In this document: in pieces, positions 1 through 10,724 of the stretch | How positions within the stretch are numbered: position 1 is the first letter of the stretch | How the letters are laid out: every line of letters begins with the position of its first letter | Notes under the pieces: model-generated | Told to the model about the DNA's origin: nothing | What the model saw: only the letters and a program-made list of their open reading frames with translations | Database searches by the model: none | Program-made: the position numbers and the translations under genes | Assembly (NCBI RefSeq): GCF_004010195.1 | Contig: NC_057718.1 | Location: 86,481,514 to 86,545,513, forward strand | From: Chiloscyllium plagiosum | Lineage: Eukaryota | Direction: 5' to 3' | DNA: 64,000 nucleotides

Positions 1-464
1 ACCCTGTTTCGATACGCAAAGAAATGGAATGTTTACAGAATGATGACATGTCCAATTGTATAGATTAAATATATATGAATAAAGTATATTTTTGAAATAT
101 TAAAAAAAATCTCTGGATTACTTCCAGTGCCACCCAGCAGTGAGGATAGAAATAGAAAGCTAAGCCAGATGAATGCATGGCTGAGGAGACGGTGTAGGTG
201 AGAGGATTTTCTTTTCTTGGATCATTAGGATCTCTTCTGGGGGAGAGATGACCTGTACAAGAGGGACGGATTACACTTGATCTGGAGGAGGTATCAATAT
301 CCTTGCGGGGAGATTTGCTTGTATTACCCGGGAGTGTTTAAACTAGGGAGTCTGAATAAGAGACGGGCCATCTGGAAGTCAAGGGAAAGTACATTCGCCA
401 CCGAGAGCAAGTTTACTATTCAGGGATGCCAGAGGCACAGTAAAGGGAGGACAGACCCTCTTGC

Positions 465-768
465 TTGGCACCGCCCTCTTAAACGGTCCTACCTGTCCAT
501 CTTCCTTCCCACCTATCTGCTCCACCCTCCTCTCCCACCTTTCACTTTCACTCCCACCTTCATCTACCTATCGCATTCCCAGCTACCTTCCCCCCAACCC
601 CACTCAACCCTTTCCCATTTATCTCTCAATCCCCTTGGCCCACAAGCCTCATTCCTGATGAAGGGCTTATGCCCGAAACGTCGATTCTCCTGCTCCTCAG
701 ATGCTGCCTGACCAGCACTACACTCTTTGACTCAAATCTCCAGGATCTACAGTCCTCACTTTTTCCAA
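465..768 (+). mobile_element. Penelope-like element 3' terminal fragment
   Basis: Same pyrimidine-rich tail and terminal motif that follows GIY-YIG-coding fragments elsewhere in the window (11500-11988, 19306-20120). Confidence 0.75.
651..686 (+). ncRNA. Minimal type I hammerhead ribozyme motif (family A), intact core
   Basis: attc-CTGATGA-a-GGGC(ttat)GCCC-GAAAC-GTC-gatt; palindromic ACGT in place of stem III. Confidence 0.75.
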
Positions 769-831
769 GTGACTGAAGTGTCAGTCGGAGAGCACTTTGG
801 GTCCAGTGACCATAACTCTCTTAGTTTTGGA

Positions 832-1107
832 CATATGCCAGTGTTGGACTGGGGTGGGCAAAGTTAAACATCACACAACACCAGGTTATAATCCAACAGG
901 TTGATTTGGATGTACAAGCTTTCGGAGAGCTGCTCCTTCATCAGGTAGCTAGTCAACCTAGTTACTTGACGAAGGAGCAGTACTCCAAAAGCTTGCACTT
1001 CCAAATAAATCCATGCTGACTATCCCTAATCAGACCTTGACTGTCCAAATGTTGGTTGATCCTGTCCCTCAGTGTATAACTTGGCATTGTGAGATTTTTA
1101 ACTTTGT
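832..1107. mobile_element. Inverted-repeat mini-element of a second, probably Penelope-like family
   Basis: Inverted arms at about 858-948 versus 963-1107; possible TSD tctcttagt (817-825 and 1107-1115); related copy at 32815. Confidence 0.65.
912..948 (-). ncRNA. Minimal hammerhead ribozyme motif (family B)
   Basis: Reverse complement reads tac-CTGATGA-a-GGAG(cagct)CTCC-GAAAG-CTT-gta; palindromic AGCT, stem I tac/gta. Confidence 0.7.
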
Positions 1108-2430
1108 CTCTTAGTGTTAACATAGTTTTGAATAAGGATAGGACAGGTCCATGGTTAAGGTACTAAACTGGAGCAGGGCCAGCTTTGGACCCATTAGGCA
1201 GGATCCTGCAGAGGTCAATTGGGTGAGTCTGTTCAAAGTAAAAGGAACGATTGGCAAATGAGAGGCTTTTAAAAGTGTGATATCATGAGTCCAAGACAGT
1301 ATGTCCCTGTTAAGGTAAAGGGAAAAGCTGGCAGGTTCAGGGATCCCTGACTGATGAGGGATATTGAGGCTCTGGTCAGGAAAAAGAAGGCAGCATATAT
1401 TGGGTTTAAGCTATCGGGCTCAAGAGAATCCCTAGGTGACTTTAAAAGGTGTAGGAGCACATTTAAGAGGGAAATCAGAAGAGCTAAAAGAGGGTATGAG
1501 GTGGACCTGACAGATAAGGTTAAAAATAATCCCAAGAGGTTCTATAGCTATATTAAGAGGAATAGAATGGCTAGGGAGAGAATAGGTCTCCTTAAAGATC
1601 AGCGTGGCTGTCAATGTTTGGAGCCACAGGAGATGGGGGAGATTGTTAATAAATATTTCTCCTCATGATGCTAAGGAAATAAAGGTGACAAGTGAAGATG
1701 TTTTGAACCACATATACGTTACTAAGAGGAGGTGTTGCAGCCTTAAAGCACATTAAGGTGGATAAATCCCCTGAGCCTGATCAAGTCCATCCTCGGACAT
1801 TGTGGAAGGCTAAGGAAGAAATTGCAGAGGCCCTTGCAGAGATTTTTGGTTTATCTTTAGCCACTGGTGAAGTTGTGGAAGCCTGGAGGGTGGCTAATGT
1901 TGTTCCATTGTTTAAGAAGGGTAGCAAAGCTCTGACCTGCTGTACAGTTGTGATAATTGTGGTGATGTCTCCCAGAATTCTGCTGTGATGATTCTCCACT
2001 GTCCTCTGATTCTGGGAAGGTTTAGGGGTCGGTCGGGTTTTAGCTAATAGTTATATCACAATGGTTCATAATTGTTTATCTGTAGTTGGAATCTATTTAT
2101 TTGTAATAAATAGTTATTGTGGTTAAGTATAGAAACCTGTTGCTAGATAACTGAATGTATTTGAAGAAGGGGTGGACAGATTTTTGAAGTGGACAGGTAT
2201 ACTGAACTAGCATGAAGCAGGAATTGAGAACTGGGACTGATTAGCTATAGGTCTTGTTGAAAGGAGGGGCAGGCTTGAGTAGGCAGATGGCTTACTCCTG
2301 CCCCTGTCAACCTGGGTTAAAAAGATTGGTAAATGGAGGAATTCTATGTTATTTTTAAAAAGAATCTTTAACTTTTGTGGTGACTCTGGGAATATTTCCA
2401 ACATACAACCTCAGTGAGGCATAACTCACT

Positions 2431-2648
2431 GAGTGACTATCTGTGTGGAGTTTGCACATTCTCCCCATGTCTGTGTGGGTTTCTTCCCACAGTCCAAAGC
2501 TGGTCAGGTGGATTGGCCTTGCTAAATTGTCCATAGTATTAGGTGCATTAGTCAGAGGGAGATGGATCTGTGTGGATTACTCTTCGAAGGGTTGATGTGG
2601 ACTTGTTGAGCCGAAGGGCCTGTTTCCACTCTGTAGGGAATCTAATCA
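2431..2648 (+). mobile_element. 5'-truncated HE1-like SINE
   Basis: tgtgtggagtttgcacattctcccc body and a LINE-like tail shared with the full copies at 22306 and 52745. Confidence 0.75.
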
Positions 2649-3091
2649 AAGACAAGCCAGGGAACTACAGGACATTTAGCCTGACATCAGTGGTAGGCAA
2701 GTTGTTGGAGAGAATACTGAGGGACAGGATCAACCAACATTTGGACAGTCAAGGTCTGATTAGGGATAGTCAGCATGGATTTGTATGTGGGAAGTCATGT
2801 CTGTCAAATCTTTTAAAGTTTTTTGAATAGGTCATCAAGATGATAGATGAGGGTAGGGCAGTTAATGTTGTCTACATGGACTTGGTAAGGCTTTTGACAA
2901 GGTCCCACATGGCAGGCTAGTCATGGGATCAAGGGAGAGCAAGTTAATTGGATTCAAAATTGACTCAATGATAGGAAGCAGAGGGTGATGGTTGAAGATT
3001 GACGGCTGTTTCTTGGACTGGAGGCCTCTGACTAGTGGTGTGCCACAGGGGTCAGTGCTGGGACCTTTGTTATTTGTTACTTACATAAATG

Positions 3092-3304
3092 CTGAAAATG
3101 TGTTGCTGGAAAAGCGCAGCAGGTCAAGCAGCATCCAAGGAGCAGGAGAATCGACGTTTCGGGCATGAGCCCTTCATTCCTGAAGAAGGGTTCATGCCCG
3201 AAACGTCGATTCTCCTGCTCCTTGGATGCTGCCTGACCTGCTGCACTTTTCCAGCAACACATTTTCAACTCTGATCTCCAGCATCTGCAGTCCTCACTTT
3301 CTCC
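3092..3304. mobile_element. Palindromic Penelope-like mini-insertion with a 14-bp TSD
   Basis: Arms of about 85 bp (3091-3175 and 3185-3269); TSD tacttacataaatg at 3078-3091 and 3305-3318; hammerhead core at 3180-3207. Confidence 0.85.
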
Positions 3305-6029
3305 TACTTACATAAATGATCTGGATGTGAATATACAAGGCATGATTAGTAAGTTTGCAGATGTTACAGAATTAGGAGGTACCATTGATAGCAAGGAAGG
3401 TTATCAAATATTATAGAGGGATAATTGATCAGACGGGGAATTTGGCTGAAGATTGGGAAATGCAATTCAATACGTGGGAGGCGTTACATTTTTGAAAGTC
3501 AAACCAAAGTATGACTTGTACAGTAAATGGTAAGGTCCTGAGGATTGTTTTGGAACAGAGGGACCTAGGGGTACAAGTACATAGTTCTTTGAAAGCAGCG
3601 TCACACGTAGACAGAGCAGTGAAAAGGCATTTAGCATGCTAGCCTTCATCGGTCAAGACATTGACTACAGGAGTTGAGATGTTAAGTTACAGTTGTAGAA
3701 GTCGTTGGTGAGGCCACACTTGGAGTATTGTGTGCAGTTATGGCTACCCTGTTATACGAAAGGCAGAGTTAAACTGGTAAGAGTGCAAAGAAGATTTACA
3801 AGAATGTCGTCAGGACTATTAGGCCTGAATTATAGGGACAGGTTGGCCAGGATAGGACTTTATTCCTTGGACCGTAACCGAATGAGGGGGTGACCTTATT
3901 GAGGTATATAAAATCAAGAGGGGCATAGATTGAATGAATGCATATAGTCTTTTTCCCAGGGATGGGAGGTTGAAAACTAAAGGGCAGGTTTACAGTGAGA
4001 GGAGAAGGATTTAAGAAGGACCTGAAGGATAATTTCTTCACGCAGACAGTGGTGCATATATGGAATGGGCTGTCAGAGAAAGTGGTGAAGGCAGGTACAA
4101 TAGCAACAATTAAAAAAACATTTTGATAGGTACATGAATGGGAAGGGTTTAGAGAGATAGGGTACAAATGTGAGCAATTGGAACTAGCTGAGTGAGTACC
4201 ATGGTTAGCATGGACCGGTTTGGGCTGAAGGGTCTGTTTCCATGCTGTATTATTCTGGCTCTATTACACACATATATAGACAGAGAAAAAAATGGGTGAT
4301 ATGGGCAGTGAAAGGCTGGAAAGGCAGTTTAGTGGTCCCTATCCACAGGGTTAGTTGAGATGATTCTTTTGTTGACCAGAACAGTCCTTCTCCCAGTGCT
4401 TTCACTTATTTGCAAAAAGCACAGGTTGATTGCTTCACATTTATGAAAGGTCTCTGACTTATTAATTCAAAAACACAGCTCAGAGAAACAGATGAGGTGA
4501 AATAAACTGGCTACCATGGTTGAGATGCTTTCTTACAGTAGAGCAGAAACACTTCCTTCTCGTCCAGAGGTCTGATAGCTTCTGACCTGATGACCTTTGA
4601 AGATGGTTGAGCCTAAGATACTATCTTGAGGAGCTCATGCAGCAATATCTGAAGGTACAAGCTTCAACAGCCTCACCATCTTCCTTTGTGCTAGTCATAG
4701 AATCATCGAGTTTTACAGCAGAAAATGAAGCCATTTGGCCAATTAAGTCTTTAAAGAGCTACCCAGCTCGTCCCATTCTCCAGCCCTAACTCTCTAGCCC
4801 TCTGAATTCATCACTTTCAAATATATATCTGGCACTTTTTTGAAACCTCCTATGGAATCTGCCTCCATCATTCTCCCAGGCAGCACACTCAAAATCCTAA
4901 CAATTCTCTGAGGAAAGAAGTTTCTCCTCATTTCACTCCTAGTTCTCCTGCTGGCAACCTTCAAATTGGGACCCCTGGTTACAGACATACCAACTTAATA
5001 GAAACAAAATATCCTTCTTCACTCTGTCAAAATTGTTAATAATTTTGAACACCTCAATAAAGTCATCTTTTAACTGTCTTTGCTCCAAGGACAATAACCC
5101 CAATTTCTCTAATCTTTCCTTCTATCCAAAATTTACTGGTATCATTCTAGTAAATCTCCTTTGAACCCTATCCAGGGCTTTAACATCCTTCTTTAAATGA
5201 GATGCCCAGAACTGAACACAAACAAGTGACTCACACCACTGGACAGTTTCCACTTGATTACCATTAACTCATTTTTCTCGGGCTCTAGGGCACATGATCA
5301 AGTTCTGCCTTAATTCAAGGGTAATCACAACTTTCATTGCACCTCCAGTTTAGCTCTTATGTCCATGTTTGCACCAAAGCTATAATGAGTTCAAGAACAA
5401 AAGACCTTTGGCAGAATACAAGCTGAGCATTTGTGAGCAGGTTATTACTTTGTAAGTGCCACCTGATAGCACTGTCAACAACTTGTTGACGATCGAGAGA
5501 AAAAAGACAGAACAGTAATTGACCATATTAGATTTGTCCTGCTTTATGTGGTCATGATGTACCTGGGTATTTTTTTCTTATTTGCTCAGGTAGATGCCAA
5601 TATTACGGTTGCACAGTAACAGTTCAAACAGGGACACAGCTAGAATTAAAGAATCACACAGGTTGTGATTGTTACCAGATTCAACTACCAACATTGGCAG
5701 TAACACCAACACTGGATGAGAAATATTTTCCTCAAAACCCCTCTAAACTTTCTGACCCTTCAACGCAAGGGAATAGCTACTTAACATCCATCTGTCTATG
5801 CCCCTCAAAATCTTCTACACTTGTATCAGGCCCTGCCCCTCAACATTCTTTGCTCCAAAACAAAAGTCCGAATTTAACCAACCCCCTCTTCAAGCTGAAG
5901 TGCTCCATCTCAGGCAACACCTTGGTGAATCTCCTCTACATCCCAGTGCAATCACATCTTTCCTATAGTGTGGTAACCAGAACCTCAACAGTGCTCTAGC
6001 TGAGACCTAACTAAACCTCTGAACAACTC

Positions 6030-6716
6030 TGTTACAACATGGGATAAACCCTCCTGCTTCATTTTAACCAGCAAATCCCGTGCAGTAATCTGTGAAAATT
6101 CGAGAGACCAAGACTATCCCAAAGGTCTCTATTTAAAGTAAAAATTAACAACATTATTTCTTAAAGTATAAGAGGATAATTAACTGACAACTATTCACAA
6201 CTCCTTTCTTTGATCTTTCTTTTACCTTCCCCTTCTACAATACTAGTCCAATAAAACCCCTGATTAAAATTTACCAAAAATTCAAATTTCAAAACCAGCC
6301 AGCTTCGAATCTTCTCTTTATATCTCCCTCTGTCTTCTTTTCTTCTTCTTAGGGATTTCTGTTTCATAGGTCACTGATCAATAAAGGTACCTTTAAAAGA
6401 GCTATTCTGTGGGCAGTCTGCATGTGTTGGTGGCTTGGCAGTTCTCCCTCAAATGTTCAAGTTTTTCCCGGTCTTATACACACAAAGCATCAGATTGTGT
6501 CATTGGCTTTTAATATTGTCAATATACTAAATTAAGACTTGTTTGGAGTTTAATATTTTTGGGGATAGAATTTAAACTGATTGGCTGCATTCAAATGTGT
6601 TTTTGTCTCCAGGCAACCAGCTACTCTAGTTGCTGGACTAAAAGGTTACATTGTACCTTATTCAGGTAATTCTGCCAGCTCTTAAAGGTACAGTATCCCT
6701 TTACACCTTCATAACA
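6030..6716 (-). mobile_element. Solo LTR (TGTTA...TAACA)
   Basis: TG...CA termini; 4-bp TSD actc (6026-6029 and 6717-6720); ends related to the elements at 14726 and 23216. Confidence 0.75.
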
Positions 6717-7369
6717 ACTCCAGCATAATCTCCTTGCTCTTATAATCTATGCCTCGGCTAATATGGGCAAGCCTTCTTCACTACCCTATTAATCTGTCCT
6801 GCCATCTTCAGTGAGGTATGGAAAGGAACCCAAGACCCCTCTGCTCCACTGAGCTTCTTAGCATCTTATCATTCACTGAATATTCTGTTGTATTGTTACT
6901 TCTTTCAGTGTGCATCACCGGCTCCTTCATGAGTACAAGGTATTATTGCCAAAATGTTGTTAAGGCCCACAGCCTTTGTGGTATCCCGTGCCTTCAATTG
7001 TTTCTTGATATCAAATGGAGTGAATCAAATTGGCTACAGCATGGCATTTGTACTGCTCTGGGGCTCAGAGAAAGAAATGAATTATCCACTCTGCACTTTG
7101 GACTTGACACAGTTCCAAGTGCTGCTTTATAGAGGGCCAAAGACAAATTTCAACACAGTAAATTTCCTCTGAAACAGAAGAGATAATTTTATCTTGAGGG
7201 AGCTGTAATACGAAAAGTGCAGAATTTGATTTGCATTTATGTGATCCACTGGTCAGACACAATTTGCAAAATCGTCAGAAACCTCTGGGACAGTACAGTG
7301 CAGGTACTATAGAACTAGAAAACAATAAATTATGAGGTCATATTGTGCTGATTTATGGACATAAAATAT

Positions 7370-7698
7370 TAGATAGAATCCTTACAGTGTGGAAGCAAGC
7401 CATTCAGCCAATTGGGTCCACACGGACCCTCTGCAGAGCATCGCACCAAGACTCACCTCTCTACCCTATCCCTGTAACCCTGCAGTTCCCATGGGTGACC
7501 CACCTAGTGTGCACATCCCTGGACACGATGGGCAATTTAGCATGGCTAATCCACCAAACCTGCACATCTTTGGGCAGTGGGAGCAAACTGGAGTAAACCC
7601 ACACAGACACGGGGAGAATGTTATCTAAGCGTGGAATCAAACCCAGATCCCTAGCACTGTGAGGCAGCAGCGCAAACGTTGGGCCATCCTGCTGCACC
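7370..7698 (-). mobile_element. HE1-like tRNA-derived SINE
   Basis: Minus-strand A/B-box head, conserved body and LINE-like tail. Confidence 0.8.
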
Positions 7699-8078
7699 TT
7701 ACAGTTAACATTTTTATATGTTTAAGAAAATAGATAGTTTTGTCTCCATCTACCCTGTTAACCCCATTTCCTCAGCTGGGGTAGTCCTGATTTTTTTTTA
7801 AAAAGTTAAAGTTTGGCTGCTCAGAGATGATGTTAGGATATATTTCTTCAGGATAAGGTTGGCGGAAATGTGGAACTCTCTTCCGCGAGAGATTGTTCAG
7901 CTTGAGTAAATTAAACATTTCAAAACCAAAAATCGATGGGCACAAAATCAGGGAATTAAGGTGGGCTGTGATTTAGCAGAGACTTAAGTGAGTGTTCCAA
8001 TATTGTCTACTCAAGTAAACTTCACCGCCATTTTCATGAACAGATTAACACCCAGTGCTAGTTTGTTTTTAACCTTAC

Positions 8079-8244
8079 CCTTGTCAACTCGCAAATCTTC
8101 ATCCGCCCAGGGTTTGGAATTAACTCTGTCTTCGGTTCCCACTTTTCGATCTCTCCTTGCTTTTCGCTTACTGCTCCACAGAGCAGCCAGACAAATGCAC
8201 ATTAGTGCAATAATAACGGGGGTCAGAGAAGAGAAGAGGACCAT
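8079..8244 (-). CDS. IYD: Iodotyrosine deiodinase, coding exon 1 (N-terminal membrane anchor); no further exons recognised in the window
   Basis: MVLFSSLTPVIIALMCICLAALWSSKRKARRDRKVGTEDRVNSKPWADEDLRVDK resembles recalled vertebrate IYD exon 1 (LTPILVAILC...ARPWVDEDL). Strong Kozak caccATGG; phase-1 donor AAG G|GTAAGG at 8078. IYD is a known neighbour of LRP11 in human. Confidence 0.85.
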
Positions 8245-8349
8245 GGTGAGGCGCCGCGCTATCTGTGGAAATCCGCTCCTGGGGACATTGGCTTCAACAG
8301 TTGAAGGACTGCTTCGCTCTTTCGCAACCTAGGCTGACTCATCTCACTG

Positions 8350-8438
8350 GGTGAAAACAATGACTGCAGATGCTGGAAACCAGATTCTGGATCAATGGTG
8401 CTGGAAGAGCACAGCACTTCAGGCAGCATCGAGGAGCT
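8350..8438 (-). mobile_element. 89-bp Penelope-like terminal fragment with an 11-bp TSD
   Basis: TSD tcatctcactg at 8339-8349 and 8439-8449; near-identical fragments at 9783-9885 and about 58090-58160. Confidence 0.8.
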
Positions 8439-8656
8439 TCATCTCACTGCAAGCACCAATCACAAGAAAGCTGTAGGGTTATGTTCCCAAATGTCGGCAG
8501 TGCCAAACCCAAAGCGAATGTTCACACCAATCGTTTGCCAAACATAGTATTTCAAAGTCTATTCATGTTTACGCATTTTGCAAATCGTAAGGAATAGCAG
8601 ACGAGGCTCCATTGAAGCTCTCAAAGACACTGGTCCGGCCTCTGCAGAACCCACCC

Positions 8657-8664
8657 CCTTTATA
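8657..8664 (-). promoter_or_regulatory. Candidate TATA box for IYD
   Basis: TATAAAGG on the minus strand about 415 bp upstream of the IYD ATG; motif match only. Confidence 0.3.
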
Positions 8665-9039
8665 AAGTCCGAGAGAGAAAATAAAGTTTCGTTTTGAAGT
8701 AATACTTGGAAATGAATTACTGGCCAGGACATGCTGGAGCACTCCAGAGGTGTGCAAAAAAAACAAATTGAACCAGCATGTCTTTTTCAAGTTTTACTGG
8801 TTTTCCCTCAGTTTAAGAAGGGCACCCAGCCTATTATATTAATCAATGTGAAGGAACTACCCAATCAGACCCAGGTCCTCCGTTTCACTGCTGATCTATT
8901 CCAGGGTGTACCCACCTGTTTCTTGGTTATTACAATCGAAACTGCTTCAACCACCCTTTCAGATAGCATACTTCAGAATACAGCTTTCACTGAGTGGGAG
9001 GGAAGGGGTGCTCAGTCCTTAGCTCCCTTTGTGTCCTTA

Positions 9040-9470
9040 CAACTGAAGGACTCCTCCATTGCCAGACCATAGCAACACGACGGCTGGAGGAAGAGCGCCT
9101 CATCTTCCGCCTAGGAACCCTCCAACCACAAGGGATGAACTCGGATTTCACCAGTTTCCTCATTTCCCCTCCCCCCACCTTGTCTCAGTCAAATCCCTCG
9201 AACTCAGCACTGCCTTCCTAACCTGCAATCTTCTTCCTGACCTCTCCGCCCCCTCCCCCACTCCGGCCTATCACCCTCACCTTGACCTCCTTCCACCTAT
9301 CGCATTTCCAATGCCCCTCCCCCAAGTCCCTCCTCCCTACCTTTTCCTTAGCCTGTGGGACACACTTTCCTCATTCTTGAAGAAGGGTTCATGCCCGAAA
9401 CATCGATTCTCCTGCTCCTTGGATGCTGCCTGACCTGCTGCGCTTTTCCAGCAACACATTATCAGCTCCT
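9040..9470 (+). mobile_element. Penelope-like element 3' fragment (end of GIY-YIG plus terminal repeat)
   Basis: GLLHCQTIATRRLEEERLIFRLGTLQPQGMN followed by a degenerate hammerhead at about 9377-9405. Confidence 0.85.
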
Positions 9471-9556
9471 TACAACTGAAGTCAATCGGTGTCCCTTGGT
9501 TACTGAGCTTCCTGTCAGTGAGAAACAAAAAACATTCTAATCAGCCCGCCCAGAGT

Positions 9557-10160
9557 TATTACACACCTCTGCAGCATGCCAGGCTTGAACCTAGGTCTTC
9601 TAGACCAGAGGTAGGGGCACTACCACTGTACCATAAGAGGCCTCCTGCCACTGGAAAGACTTTTTTTTAAAAGTCCCCGTTCAGAGATTGCAACACCTCT
9701 GGACTAAATGGAACTTGAACCCAAGTCTGGCTGCACTGTGCTACAACAGCTCCCCCTGTCAGTGGAAATGTTTTTTTTGTGTAGGTAAAAACAATGACTG
9801 CAGATGCTGGAAACCAGATTCTGGATTAGTGGTGCCGGAAGAGCACAGCAGTTCAGGCAGCATCCGAGGAGCAGTAAAATCGACATTATCAACCTGTGCA
9901 GAAATACCACACAGCACTACAGCAAGTGGGACCACAACCCTGACCTTCTGGCTTAGAGGGAGGGACACTACCATGTACCACAATGTCATTCCCCCTGCCC
10001 CACCAGTGGAAAAGTATTTTCTAACTAACGTGTTGAGAGATGTTATTACATATCTCTAGAATAGCTGGGACTTGAAGACCTCCACCTGGTTCAGAGGTGG
10101 AGACAATACCACTGTATCACAAGAGTCCCCTGCCAGCAGAAGGTATTTACTTAAATGTGA
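9557..10160 (-). repeat. Four diverged tandem units (about 100-140 bp) with tRNA-like heads
   Basis: Recurring (plus-strand) pattern cttgaacc...agaggtagggacactaccactgtaccacaaga...ctgccagtggaaa; its reverse complement has A-box TGGTACAGTGG and B-box GGTTCAAG. Confidence 0.6.
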
Positions 10161-10724
10161 TGCGCCTGTGTATTCAAGCTTCTCTTGAACCTCCTCCGTT
10201 CAAAGGAAAGCAATCCTTCTGTAGAGTTCCTAATACACCTCTAATAATGAACTTAGTTACTGATATCATCAAAAGAAAAACAAAATCCCTCTAATACTAA
10301 CAGTGAAAAGGCATAAAGGGTCTAGGTTACACATTAAGAATTAATACTAACCAGCTGTTCTACCTCAGTGACATAATTTACATGGATTCATCTCTTGCCT
10401 CATCAAACTGAGCGATTAGACAACTTGTGAAGGATGGGAGATTAGGCTCTTTCCCGGAGAAAGGGGAAGACCAGAGATGATGGAGCAAAAGTAGTTCATT
10501 GTGTTTCCCTTCTCCCCCACCCATTCAACGTGGTCACGGTTGATCAGATAATCTTCAACTCCACTTTCCTGTTATTTCCCCATAAACTTCAATTTCCTTA
10601 CCAATTAAAAATTTGTTTATCTGAGCCTTGAGTATACTTAATATATACTTGGTAAAGAATTCCACAGATTCATTACCCTCTGTGTGATGAAATTTCTCCT
10701 CATCTCTGGCTACTGGTGCATTTA

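Larger units (their letters stand above)
107..4262 (+). mobile_element. Long decayed CR1-type LINE (ORF1 esterase remnant plus ORF2 RT), interrupted by nested elements
   Basis: ORF1-like FWGRDDLYKRDGLHL near 235-280; RT motifs WRVANVVPLFKKG, PGNYR..SLTSVVGKLLE, QHGF, VRPHLEYCVQ; CR1-type 3' tail near 4250. Confidence 0.9.

Noticed and set aside
1..30. Possible minus-strand acceptor (ttctttgcgtatcgaaacag|ggt) for IYD exon 2 at the window edge
   Set aside because: Only 3 exon bases would be visible; cannot be verified.
3077..3274. Recurrent Cys-rich peptides MCCWKSAAGQAAS...LLGCCLTCC on both strands
   Set aside because: Translations of the palindromic repeat terminus, not toxin-like genes.
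9557..10160. CRISPR-like array or true tRNA gene cluster
   Set aside because: Eukaryotic context, diverged units without constant repeat/spacer structure, and no convincing cloverleaf by eye.
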